Below, one piece after another: positions 25,037-38,369 of a stretch of DNA of 64,000 nt; position 1 is the first letter of the stretch, and every line of letters starts with the position of its first letter. The stretch is from Eledone cirrhosa (Eukaryota). The translations under genes were made by a program, and so were the position numbers. Below the pieces are notes generated by a model that was not told the DNA's origin, searched no databases, and saw only the letters and a list, made by a program, of their open reading frames with translations. Location: assembly GCA_964016885.1 (NCBI GenBank), contig OZ024745.1, forward strand, positions 111,352,001 to 111,416,000, written 5' to 3'.

Positions 25037-27469
25037 GTGTCTAGCATAAATATTAAAATATAATCAACAACACCTTGGTATTCAATAACCAATTTGAAAT
25101 TTCAGGTCGAAGTATTTTTACTCTTTGCAGTACAAAAACATTAACATCATAGTGGAAGCTTTCCGAAAAATATATAAAAATAATAAATAAATAAATAAAT
25201 AGTAAAATAAAATAAAATAAAATAAAATAAAACATATATAAATTATCACAAGTTTGCAAGGTTTTTCCATTTTCTATCTTAATATTCCCTGACAATTTTG
25301 TTAATGATACATCCTTAGCTACATGATACCTAGTTCATTATAAAGAATTCTTCCCCGTGAATAAACTACTTATTCATTCTTTGTAATTTGCCGGAACTCA
25401 TTTAGGCTTCCAATGCTAACGCCCCATTAAAAGCCGGAGTCGTGACTTTATTCAAACAATCTATTTTTGTCAAAGCAGCAAGCATAAATGGCCAATACTG
25501 TAAACAACAGAGGCCAGCTATTGATCTATCACATTTTTTTTTTTTTTTACTTTTTCTTTTACTTTTTTTTTTCTTCATCTACTTCTTCTTTCCAAAGACA
25601 ACAACAAAAAAAGTTATTAAAGAAATTTTGTAACTCATTTTTAACTGTGAAGATGACTGAAAGTAAAATTCCACAGCACTTAAAAGCTCTCCTTCATATT
25701 TTGCTAAATTTACACATTTCTCTATGAGAACACTTTATGTTCTTCACACAAAGAGCACACAACCTTAACTACACAAATGGTTTCATTTGCGTGTCTACAC
25801 TTGGAAAATATCATTAATATGAACATCTAGTGTTCAAAATTTATTTTCCTTCCTTCTTTCTGAAAGCAATGGAAAAATAGTACATGAAGTTGATGATAAT
25901 GATGATGATAATGACAATGATAAGAACAACAATAACTAAGATAATAGTAATGATGATGTGGACTGGTTTTAAATCCAGCCACATATATTTACATCTGCTC
26001 TAGTTGCCACCATCGTCATTAATATTAATATCATCATCATCATTATTATTTTAGCATTCAATTATCAAAACAGGTATGTTTTTTTGATGCAGCTGCAATA
26101 TAACATATCTCTATCGAGGTCTTTTACTGTGTTACCCAATCACCTAATGAAATGATTAGACCAGGGCTGGCTTATCTCTCTTTCTCAGGTTGTTCTTACT
26201 GAATCTGTTCTATTAAATACAAAACTACTATTAGTCATCTGTCAGATCTTGGGACAAGCTAAGCGTATTACTTAGGGAAAGGGCTTTAATATTGCCAATG
26301 ATGATAATACTAATTTCTTACATCAACTTTCAGCCATGTATATCTGTGTGTGTCATAAGAAGCAACTAAAAAGGTTGGTGTGAAGAAGAGCATTCAGTTG
26401 TAAAAGAAAAATTGACCTCAATGGAATTTTAACTCAAAATGTAAAGAGTCAGAACAAATACCTCAAAGGCATGTTATTCAACACTCTACCAATTCTGCCA
26501 TTCCACTGACAATTCACAATCAGTGTTATCTATTGATGAATGTTTAGCATCTACTGATTTAAAGGAAATGGATGCTGTGACAATCATGCCTCACTAAGGA
26601 ACATTAATAATGTAGGTTAAAGTGATAAAACCATGACCAAAAAGGGAAAGAAATTGGGTAACAGCCTTCTTTCAATGAAAATTTAATTTTTTCTTGTGAT
26701 AATAACCCTTAAAGAAGTGGAATAATGTCCGAATTTGTATGTTCAGAGTCCATGCTAGTTTTGTATTGCTCCCAGCATTATATCATAAGCTGTCAAGAGA
26801 ACCACTTGATTATTTAAGTGATCAAAATGGCACAAGAAATACAGTTAGTGATAGTACAGTTTATTAGGTACAAAGTGACTGAAAATGTTATGGTAACTGG
26901 TGATTTCTGTTACTGTCAAAGACATTTCTCTTCATGTAAAGAATGAAGAAAGCACAATTCTTTATTTATGACAGTGAAATAGAAACAGCAATTAGTATAA
27001 AGTAACTTATCTGTGGCCTAAAGGATTTTACAATGTCATTCTCAAAGACAGATTGAATGCAAATAGAGAAAGTGTCAGAACGTGTGTGTGTGCGTGTGCG
27101 TGCGAGCGTGTGTGCGAGCATGACAAGTATGTCTTCATGTCCATTTTTCCAGGTTTGCGTAAGTAGTCTGGTATACTTGTTGAAGAAATTGTTTTTATAG
27201 CAGCAGAGGATGGTACTTGTGTGTGTGTGTGGCTGTGGATGTGTGTGTATGCATATGTGAGAGTGTCTGTGTGCATGTGTGAAGTCTCAAATGCCCACAT
27301 TCATGCATATATGTAGCAATGCAAAATGTATGTAGTGTGAAGAATGAGTAAAAGAAATGTGATGTTGCATGGCAGTCAAACATGGGTATAAAATACACAA
27401 GACATTCAGAGGTTGGAGAGAAATGAATCAGATATAATCTACTGAAAGTGCAATGCTGACTTGCATTAA

Positions 27470-27684
27470 CCCTTTAGCATTTACATTACTCTATATATAC
27501 AATTGTACTTTTGCAGTAAAGGTTTTATCTCACATAATATCGAATCTATGAGATTTGGATATTATTTATTTTGAATTTTGAAAACAATACCTTAACATAA
27601 ATATGAGCAGCCAGTTACGGTCGGTTTAAACAGAAAGGGATAAGAAAATTCTGGCTGGATACAACTAGTTTAAATGCTAAAGAG
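27470..27684 (-). mobile_element. piggyBac-like TTAA MITE family 1, sharing a TTAA with an adjacent family-2 copy
   Basis: TTAA|CCCTTTAGCATTTA ... TAAATGCTAAAGAG|TTAA|CCCTTTTGATA. Confidence 0.9.
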
Positions 27685-28213
27685 TTAACCCTTTTGATAA
27701 CAAACCATATAAAACCCCCACTGGTTCTAGATACAAGCTTGTTTATTTTGAAGGATTTATATTGATTCATCATAATTTTATGTAAGAACTATTATTACAA
27801 GCTTATTAATGAGAAAAATTAGCTATATTATTAATTCCCTCCAAATTTTTTAGTATTTTCAAAATGATTTCATTAGAAATATAGTAATGAAAGGACTAAG
27901 GGGCAAATGGGAGTAAAAAGCTTGCTGGATATAAAAAGACATAAGTTAAAGTGTCCTGGATAAAAGGTATGTAAAGAGAATGGAGATGGTGTGATGATTG
28001 AATTAGTGTTGTATAAAAGGTGCCCACAGGAAAGATGAGAGAAGACAAAGTAAGGTCTGACCCCAGAAAGCTGATCTTTATAAACAGGATGACATATGAT
28101 GGAGAGGAGTGGCAATATGCCATGCTGAAAAACTGTCCACTCACAAAATGGAGAATGTTGGAATGATAACAAGGTTATTTCTCTCTCTCCCACTATATAT
28201 ATATATGTATATA

Positions 28214-28316
28214 CAGGGTGTCCCGAAAAAATGTATACATACTTTGATTACCTGTACAGGGGCAATATTTATTAGAATGCTGTTGAAGTGTGTATACATC
28301 TTTTTGAAACACCCTG
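28214..28316. mobile_element. 103-bp Tc1/mariner MITE
   Basis: TIRs CAGGGTGTCCCGAAAAATGTATACATACTT / AAGTGTGTATACATCTTTTTGAAACACCCTG, the same TIR as at 9164. Confidence 0.85.
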
Positions 28317-28319
28317 TGT

Positions 28320-28356
<37 letters not shown>

Positions 28357-29844
28357 TCTCAGCCATCTCCCTCCCTTTCACACAGATACAGACACACAAC
28401 AACAACAAAAACAACATGGGTGTAGACATGTAATACAACTGGAACTGAAAAAAACCCCAAAAAAACTGTGACTTATAGCAGCATCCTATGTAAACTGTGC
28501 ACAGAAATAGTAGGTACCTCCATCTCCACTCTTCCATTCTTTACTGCCCCCACCACCACCACCACCACTACATCTCTCTCAAACATTATAGAGTCACATA
28601 ATGAGAAGCAACTTTAGCCAAGCATAGAACATGATTGAATTATTGTTTACTTTATTTACTTTGGTTGCCTCATTTAACAAATATTCCACAAACATCCCAA
28701 CTAATTCAACAGATAACATCCATTTCTCTTTCATTGATCCACATATCAATTCTTTAACTCAACATATTTCTTTGATCTTCAACTGTAGATAAACAACTCT
28801 GAAAATCACAACACTCCACCTACCACCACCTCTACTACTAACCCAACAAACAAGCAAAATAACAGCAACACCAAACAAAATAACACCAGCAAAAACAAAA
28901 ATGACAAAGAAAAAATAATATTAAACCCCCTACACACATACATACATACACATACACACAGAAAATATAGTGATGATAATTAAAAACCCTCTGACTGCAT
29001 TCTTTCTCACTAATATTTTCAAAACATAATAAAAATTCTTTGAAAAGCAAAATCAATTCTGTGACTTCCATTTCCAATGTATTTAGAATATTGACTGTTG
29101 TTGAAATTCACAAAAATAGTGTGAAATGATATGGCCTGAGAGGTAGCACAGTTAAATTTCAATGACACTGTTTGTTATTGTTCTGCAATTCAAGTGTTCT
29201 GGTAATTTCAGACAGCTATATTTCGGCTATTCAATAATTTGTCTTTTTTTGTAAGCAAGTCAGTCAATTTTGGTAAATAATGTTGTAAATGTTCATGATA
29301 ATTTACAGTGGCACGCATTCCTGTGACAAGAGTACTAAGTAACCCTTTTATAGAAAACTAAACAACATAATTTCATAACTGAAGACTTGCCAATACACAG
29401 AATTCCATGAAACTTGCTTCATTAAATTAATAGAAAACAAATCCCCCAAAACTGTTGCAATTTCAGTCTTTTAGCAACTTCATTTTTTTTATTTATATTC
29501 TTGTTTTGTAACTTTCCAAAATTCCAATAAAGATACAACAATATTTTATGAAAAAAAGTTCATACACAGAGTTTGTGATAAAATACAGTATTCTGTCATA
29601 GGTTATGAACAAATTTCACTAAAATAATACATTCCATCAGAAATCAATACATCCTGTATTAATATCAGTTGGGTTTTTTTTTGTACCATAGTTTCATAAT
29701 ATTTATCAGAACAAAATAGTCAATTTTAGGATCACAAATAAATCTCAATTCACTGTCAGAAACTCTGTAATATGGAAATATGTTTATATATATATAACTT
29801 GGTAGCAGGGAGCACAGACGTATAATGATGATGATGACGATTGC

Positions 29845-29906
<62 letters not shown>

Positions 29907-30229
29907 CATGGGCGTACTCAATGCATGGAGAGATGCAGAATGGGTATAGAGATATGTAATAAAATCCCAACCGCGGTAGTAAGCAGTTTCAGCTTGTGTT
30001 CAGTAAGCCTGTTCAAGGGTGTAGTAATATTTGTAGGATGTGAAAAAATAGGTCACTGGTCTTAGTTGAATTTATCATCATTATTATTGCTTAATGTCCA
30101 TTTTCCATGCTAACACAGGAGAAGAATTGATGTTCCATTGTGAGACAAGCCAGGATAATGTCTTGCTCATGGTTTTATATTCAATGTCCTCTATGGCTGT
30201 TAATAGTGAGACAAGCCGATTGAGGGGCC

Positions 30230-30435
30230 CCTGTATGTAATTCCTTAATCTGCTTGAAATAGCACCCATATCTCATTTAAAACACACACTACTGTCTTTT
30301 TAAGGGAAGGGCACATAACTTAATATACCCCTAGATACATTTGTCTGAAAAAAAAAGATGGTTGGTCATAGCTGAAGTACCTTTGATCTTAAGTCTATTT
30401 GATCAGGGCTTACAGTGAGCTATATGAACCCAACA
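30230..30435 (+). mobile_element. (CAA)n-tailed retroposon family D fragment
   Basis: CTGCT.GAAATAGCA.CCA.ATCTC...CCTAGATACA.T.TGTCTGAAAAAA...CCTTTGATC..A.GT module. Also at ~11570-11680 (-), 30635-30750, 46810-46885 plus 47180-47275, 59710-59755 and 60940-61085. Confidence 0.65.
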
Positions 30436-30754
30436 AATAGTTTATCACACCAATTTCCACTGTCTATTACATATATATGCAATATATGTAATACAATGCA
30501 TGCATTGTATTTAAGAATAGCTCAGAAAATTTGATCAGTTTGAGCCCAGGCTATGTTTAACTTAATAGACACCATTTGATGTATGTAATACATCAAATGT
30601 TTGTAATAAATAAATATTGAAGCCAATGAGAGAGGCTTTATGCAGTTGCTTCACTTGCTAGAAATATCAGCCAAATCTCTCATGAGTGAAGCCCTGCTAT
30701 CATGAAACATAAAAGACACATTGGGTAATGCAGTCTTAAATATACAAAATGCAT

Positions 30755-31045
30755 ATTATGATTGTGAATTCAATTCCCAGACCGGGTGATGTGTTATGTC
30801 CTTGAGCAAGACAATTTATTTCATGTTGCTCCAGTTTACTCAGCTGTAGAAATGAGTTGCAATGTCACTGGTGACAAGCAGCATCAGCCATTGACTTTCT
30901 CTTGGATATCAGTGGCATGGAGAGGGGAAACTGGTATGCATGGGCAACTGCTGGTCTTCCACAAAAACACCTTGCCCAGCCTTGCATCTTGGAGGGGAAT
31001 ATTCTAGGTGAAAAACAGATAGTCATTCATGACCAAAGGGGTTCT
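30755..31045 (+). mobile_element. SINE family B
   Basis: Reverse-complement homology to 1130-1472. Confidence 0.8.
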
Positions 31046-31654
31046 TAGGATGATTAAAGTTAAATCAAGGCAATGAATTGACAGACTAATTAGAGTATAT
31101 AACAAAATGTCAATTTGTTCTACCTCTCCACTCTCTGAGTTCAAATTTCATCTTCCCAATTCCCCATGTATCTCCCCCACCCACACTATAAAGTGGTATC
31201 TTGGTGCCAAGACAATGAGCACCCAGTCCACACTGTAAAGTGGTCCTGTAGGAGACACGATAAAAACTGTTCAGCCCACACTGTAAAGTGGTCGTGTAGG
31301 TATCACTACAAAAAGCACCCAGTACACACTATAAATTTGGTTGGCTCTGGAAAGGGCATCGCCGTAGAAACAAAGTCAAAATCAGTTCTGTGTGAGCAAA
31401 ACATGGTCCTGTGACCTGGCATTGTCTCACAATGGGGCATCTCATTTTCTCCTGAGTGTTTTAAATGAGATATGGGTGCTATTTCTAGCAGATTAATGAA
31501 TTACATACTGGGACCCTCAATTGGCTTGTCACACTATTCACAACCAGAAACGACATATAAAATTAAAAAAAGTAGTTACTTGATTTAATAACAAACTTGA
31601 ATAGAACAGTTCAATTAAATAGAATAAACACAAGAAGTAAAAACGTAAAATTGA

Positions 31655-31681
31655 CAACAACAACAACAACAACAACAACAA

Positions 31682-31717
<36 letters not shown>

Positions 31718-31728
31718 TATCATCAATG

Positions 31729-31777
<49 letters not shown>

Positions 31778-31808
31778 TAATAATAAACAAAACAAAACAA
31801 AACAAAAA
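31655..31808. repeat. compound (CAA)n(CAT)n(AAT)n microsatellite
   Basis: Seen directly. Confidence 0.97.
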
Positions 31809-32194
31809 CGTTGACACTTAGGAATTGTGTGTCATTATCAGAATTGTTTGGTTTTAATTGTCTGAAGCAATAGGTACCACTCATTAAAGGTTAACAATAT
31901 TTGTATGGAATAAAGGGTGACTGTATTCAACTGAAGAATTTACTAACAAATTTTAATACATTACCATTCTGATTCATGCAAGAGAAAAATATTTGAATAA
32001 CAAACTAAATAAATTCCATCACATAAACTTAGAGTAGTATTTTCCAGAAATGTTACTGCTACAGTCAACACAGTCATCAATACTACTACTACCACCACCA
32101 CTACCACAATTATTATTATTATCATCAATACTACCACCACTACCACCACTTATTTTTGTCATTAGTATCATTATTATTATTGTCATTTTACTGG

Positions 32195-32843
32195 GAGATT
32201 GGCAGTATCGGTAGAAGGTCGGACGCCATGCTTTGCAACATAGAGTTACGTCCATTCAAAGTCTGAGTTCAAATCCCGTCGAGGTTAGCGTTGCCTTTCA
32301 TCCTTACGGGGGTCGATAAAATAAAGTACCAGTAATGTACTGGGATAAGTGCTGGCCTTGTGGCAAAAGTAGAAACAATTATAATCATTTCATATTCTGA
32401 GTTCAAATCCCGTCGAGGTTAGCGTTGCCTTTCATCCTTACAGAGTTGATAAAATAAAGTACCAGTAATGCACTGGAGTCAATTTAATTGACTTTCCCCT
32501 TCCCTTCAAATTGCTGGCCTTGCACCTAAACTAGAAACAATTATTATCATGATCATCATCATCATCATCATCATCATCAATATTACCAGCCCCACCACTA
32601 CCACATCTATCATTGTCGTCATCATCATTATTACTTTCACTACCATCAATACTACTACTACCACCGCCACCACCATTACCACCACTACCACCACCACCAC
32701 CACCACCACTACCACCACCACCACTACCACTACACCTATCATCATTATTGTCATTACCACCACCACCACTATCATTGTCGTCATCATCATCATCACTATT
32801 ATTCTCACTACCACCACCACCATCACTATCATCTCATCATCAC

Positions 32844-32876
<33 letters not shown>

Positions 32877-33415
32877 GGTTAACTTTGCCTTTCATCCTTA
32901 CGGGGTCGATAAAATAAGGTACCAGTAATGTACTGGGTATTTGCTGGCCTTGTGCCAAAAGTAGAAATAATTATTACGGCCCTTTATGGTCTAACCTTAA
33001 ATCCTGCCGATGACGGTGGATTGGCAGTATCGGTAGAGGGTCGGACGCCATGCTTTGCAGCATAGAGTTACGGCCCTTTAAGAACTGAGTACAAATCCCG
33101 CCAAGGTTAACTTTGCTTTTCGTCATTACGGAGTCAATAAAATAAAGTACCAGTAATGCACTGGGGTCAATTTAATCAACTTTTCTTTTCCCAAAAAATT
33201 GTTGGCCTTGTGCTTAAATCAAAAACCATGGCAGTATCGGTAGAAGGTCGGACACCATGCTTTGCAGCATAGAGTTACGCCCCTTAATGGTCTGAGTTCA
33301 AATCTTGCCGAGGTTAACTTTGCCTTTCATCCTTACGGGGTCAATAAAATAAAGTACCAGTAATGTACTTGGATAATTACTGGCCTTGTGCCAAAAGTAG
33401 AAACAATTATTATCA
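32195..33415 (+). mobile_element. cluster of five co-oriented CORE-SINE family A copies or fragments around a (CAT/CAC/TAT)n tract
   Basis: Units at ~32195-32380, 32395-32545, 32877-32970, 33012-33228 and 33229-33415. Confidence 0.9.
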
Positions 33416-33477
33416 TCACTATCATTATTACCATCACTACCACCCCACCCACCCTCATAATCTTCATTATCATCATT

Positions 33478-33510
<33 letters not shown>

Positions 33511-34763
33511 TGCTTCTGAAGACAGTATTCAGTGTTAATTTACTTGCAAAGTTCTAGTGATACACATCTTTTTATAATGAGATCTGTATTTCACCTCGAC
33601 AATGATGCCAAAGATGTCCCTAAGTTGTATATGATGTTAGTCCCAGAAGCCTCTCTACTTCGGTGAATTCATCTATCTTCCATCATTTCTTTGTGACAGA
33701 TGCCAAACTCGTTTCACTAAAGAATCTTTCTTGATGCCTCTTAGGAATATAGTAGGTAAAACTTAAGTTTCATTTGTGAAAGGAGATTTTGAGAATCACA
33801 GTCAGTTTTATTATTTTATTCAGATATAGGATAAGTGATATAATCTTTTGATAGAAAACAGAAAGATTTTATTAGAGTTTTTTTGTTTTTTTTTATTCTA
33901 TTTTATTTTATATTTTTATCTGATGCTTTATTTTAGCTTATGCAGTTGTACTATTACCATGGAAAGACAAAAATTATGAATTCATTCCCGAGTGAAATTA
34001 TATAAAAGTAAATGCAAAATATAAATAAATTGAAAAAAAAATAATAAAGAAACTTAATTTGTAACTTAAACCTAAAAATTACAATTTCGAATCAGATATT
34101 CCATCATATTTGCTGTTTTGGTAGAAAATTATTATTATTTTATTTTTTTCAATATATGTCAAAATTTATACATTTCCACCTCAAATTCTTTACATGCACA
34201 CATACACACACACATTTATACACACATATATTTTACACATACATATATAAATAGACATTAAATGGTGGTGATATCATCATCATCGCTTAACATCCATTTT
34301 CCAAAGTCAACAAGTAAAAGCAACACCAAAGAACAATGCAACACAATGATGACGTATTAGCTTAACGTTTGATATAATTGAAAAATAGCCATGTTTCAAA
34401 TGCTAGTCCTTCATTGGAAAATATAATGAGAGGAAGAAAAAAGGATGTTTGGGAGAGAGAAGGAAAAAGAAAGAAAGATCCCAAGAGTAAAAAAAAATAG
34501 AAAACTGAGCAAAGGTACCTAGTAGAGAAAGCATATGTTGTTAGTCAGCTCTGTTGTGTGTGTGCGTGACAGTGTGTATGTGTGTGTGTATTTGTAGTTT
34601 GGCAACCAATGACTCCCACAAACACTAATCAGAGTTTTGTAGACATGCATATCAAGGTAACTCTGATTAATAGTCACGAGTGTCATTCACCACTAACCAA
34701 CAAATGTATATATTCTACATAATATATAGAGTGCTCTTTTCTTTGTACAACTGCCTTCATGAA

Positions 34764-34794
<31 letters not shown>

Positions 34795-35167
34795 TCGTGT
34801 GAGAATCAGTTAATCAAACAAAAGTAATTTATTATCCATTTTGATACCAACCTCCCCAAACCACCCCAAATCTATGGCAACAAACCTCATGTTTTAAAGT
34901 AATTATATTTAGATTAAAAAGATAATGTTATCGAGGAACATCTCTGTTAAGCTATGTACAACACAACAGTTTAATATAGTTAGTTAATTTACTAAATTCC
35001 TTCAAATTGTTGATTATTTACAAAATAAACTAAAAACAACATAGGCAGTTTATTTCACAAGAAACATGGCAATGAGAAGGTTAATTTCCTTTATGCTAAA
35101 TGTAGTAATCAGTGGTATCTCAATTGCTGTATTATATAGACAATTAGTATTGGGCAAGAGCAAGATT

Positions 35168-35455
35168 GTGGAGGCACATGGCCTAATGGTAAGGTTATTC
35201 AACTTAAGATCATAATGGCACAGGTTCAATTCATGGACTTGGTTGTATGTTGTGTTCTTGAGCAAAACATTTCATTTCATGTTGCTCCAGTACACTCAGC
35301 TGAAAATGAGTTCCAGGAATAACTGGGGGTTTAACCCTGCGATGGACTAGTGTCCTGTCCAGGCAGAGGTCTTTTACTCTTAATTACTTAACACCACAGA
35401 AACCAGGATAAGCACTGGCCTGGTGGGTCTCCAGACTCAAGACAGACTTTAGACA
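35168..35455 (+). mobile_element. SINE family B variant, near full length
   Basis: Head GTGGAGGCACATGGCCTAATGGTAAGG, B-box-like GGTTCAATTC, tail AAGACAGACTTTAGAC. Confidence 0.85.
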
Positions 35456-35959
35456 TTAAAAGAATAAGAATGTTTATGGAAGAAACAAGGCTTCAATAAT
35501 ATCCACTGGACAATATATTTCAGGGGACTTTCGGTTCTGGGAGTATGACCAACTTCCAGAAATGCCTGGCCTTGCTTAGCAGTCTAGGCAGGGGTTTTCA
35601 AGATATATGCACAGAATACCAAATCTATTCTAAATGCACTCATTAAATTTGTTTAAATTGCTGAGACTTTATATAAGCAAGATGCAGATCCCTGGCCTGT
35701 CTGGGCGACCAGTAACCCTTGCTAGAGGAAATGTGGGTGTTAAAATGATGATGATGATGAAACAATGATGACAATGCTGACTATGGGATTTTATGATAGA
35801 ATGTGACCAACTGCTGGTGCACAAAAAAGCAGATATTGTTTCAAAAATCAAATGTCAAAAGAAAGTCGTAATCATTGACTCCGTAAGGATGAAGGCAAAG
35901 TTAACCTTGGCAGGACTTGTAATAATTATTATTATTTCATTATTATTATTATTATTATA

Positions 35960-36375
35960 GGGCGGTGGATTGGCAGTATCGGTAGAGTGTCGGACGCCAT
36001 GCTTTGCAGCATAGAGTTACGGTTCTTTATGATCTGAGCTCAAATCCCGCCGAGGTTAAACTTTGCCTTTCATCCTTATGGGGTCGATAAAATAAAGTAC
36101 CAGTCACGCACTGGGGTCGATTTAATCGACTTTCCCCTCCCCAAAAATTACTGGCCTTGTGCCTATATAAGAAACCATTATAGGGCGGTGGATTGGCAGT
36201 ATCGGTAGAGGGTTGGACACCATGCTTTCCAGCATAGGTACGTCCCTTTACAGCCTGAGTTCAAATCCCGTCGAGGTTAACTTTGACTTTCATCCTTACG
36301 GGGTCGATAAAATAAAGTACCAGTAATGCACTGGTTTAATTGCTGGCCTTGTGCCAAAAGTAGAAACAATTATTT
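35960..36375 (+). mobile_element. CORE-SINE family A dimer (long-tail copy then short-tail copy)
   Basis: Two full units starting GGGCGGTGGATTGGCAGTATCGGTAGAG at ~35960 and ~36183; inverted fragments at 35870-35920 and 36525-36655. Confidence 0.92.
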
Positions 36376-37180
36376 ATTCAAAGTAATCCAACTTATTTTA
36401 CTAATGGGATAAAAAATTATAAACCGTACAGTCCCACGCTCCTTACTTTATTATAGTTTAGATTATTATTATTATTATTAGTAGTAGTAGTAGTAGTAGT
36501 AGTAGTAATAGTAGTAGTAGTAATAATTGTTTCTACATTTTGCACAAGGCCAGCAATTTTGGGGGATGGGAAATTTGATTACATCTACCCCACTGCATTT
36601 CAGGGGCTTTATTTTATCGACCTCGTAAGGATGAAAGACAAAGCTAACCTCAGCTAAAGAAGTACCAGGAAACCTCAGTGGTAGGAAGCCACTGTAGAGA
36701 TACACCAAGGAAAACCTGGACAGAGTTGGTGAGAGCTGAGATGATGAAGGAGCGTAACAAGTGAATGGATGCTGTGCTGAAAAGGGCCCATCCAACCCAT
36801 ACAAGCATGGAAAAACAGACATAAAAAACGTGAAAGTTTTGATGATGAATACTAATTAGATGAAGGGATATTCCATAAGATCATTATTGGTTCTAGCCAC
36901 CCCTAGAAGAAATGACATTCTTTGGATTGTGTCCATGTTTATATAAGAAATCCCATTAATTGGACTGGTAGAAGCATTATTTGGAAACTAAAGAATGTGT
37001 GTTTGCATTCAAGCTAGTTTAGTGCCACTACTTGCATGAAGTAAAGAAGTAAAGAATTTAAAAATAAAAAGATGAAGAAAAAAGGGGTAGAGGGAGACAC
37101 ACCATAACCTCATTCCCTCATGATATGGCCAAACTATGTGTATAGAATAAGAAATATAAATAATAAAGAACATTATTGCT

Positions 37181-37502
37181 GATTGGCAGTATTGGTAGAG
37201 GGTTGGACGTCATGCTTTGATGCATAGAGTTACGGCCCTTTCCATTCTGAGTTCAAATCTCGCTGCCGAGGTTAACTTTGCCTTTCATCCTTACGGGGTC
37301 GATAAAATAAAGTACCAGTAATGTACTGGGTAATTTGATGGCCTTGTGCCAATAGTAGAAACAATTATTGCTGTGTCATCAAATCCCGCCGCAGTTAACT
37401 TTGCCTTTCATCCTTATGGGGTCGATAAAATAAAGTACCAGTAATGCACTGATAATTTGCTGGCCTTGTGCCAAAAGTAGAAACAATTATTGCTGTGTCA
37501 TC
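37181..37502 (+). mobile_element. CORE-SINE family A with tandem duplication of its 3' two-thirds
   Basis: AAATC.CGC...GAAACAATTATTGCTGTGTCATC occurs twice in succession. Confidence 0.9.
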
Positions 37503-37809
37503 TCCTTCATATATTTTTAAATACTTTTGGGGACAGGCGGGGTTATCAATATCTGTTGAAACTTCATGACTCATAATTAATTAACTATAGAACCACTGAA
37601 GTCAAACTTTAGAAAAGCAAACAAAATACGAGTGCGTGCGTGTGTGTGGGTGGGTCGGGTTCAATCGTGGGTAACCACCGTAAGCAAGCTACTGAATACA
37701 TAATAGAGTATATACAAGATTTAATATAGAAATGGCTTGTACAGGACTAGAACTGTTTCATTTGAAGGAAATCATCAGGATATATATATATATATATATA
37801 AACAAAAGT

Positions 37810-38090
37810 AATACCACCACAACAACTACTACCCTGACCACAATAACTACCACCATGACCACCACAACAACTACTACCCTGACCACAATAACTACCACCA
37901 TGACCACCACAACAACTACTACCCTAACTACAATAACTACCACCATGACCACCACAACAACTACCACCATGACCACCACAACAACTACTACCCTCACCAC
38001 AACAACTACCACCATGATCACCACAACAACTACTACCCTCACCACAATAACTACCACCATGACCACCACAACAACTACCACCATGACCAC
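37810..38090. repeat. ACC/ACA/ACT triplet-derived minisatellite
   Basis: Repeating ACCACCATGACCACCACAACAACTACTACCCT.ACCACAATAACT. Confidence 0.9.
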
Positions 38091-38369
38091 ATCTCACTGG
38101 ACTCTTGTATAAAATGTTTCAGCCATCCACTCCAGATATTTCAACCTAGACTTCTTGGCAACAAAATGGAGGAATTCTCTTATGTTAGCTTCTCATTAGG
38201 ATCTTTATTTATGTATCTGTTTATTTTATTTTTTTTTTAAATGAAAATACACACACACACACACACACAGAGGCACACACACACACACACAGGCACACAC
38301 ACACAAACATAACCACATATAGGGCCATAAATTTCAAACTCAAAGAAGCAGTTATATAAACACATGTGT

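Noticed and set aside
35960-36060. tRNA gene
   Set aside because: A/B boxes belong to SINE heads; no cloverleaf, and followed by the CORE domain.
37732-38112. Mucin-like Thr-rich ORF
   Set aside because: Triplet minisatellite preceded by (TA)n; no convincing splice sites.
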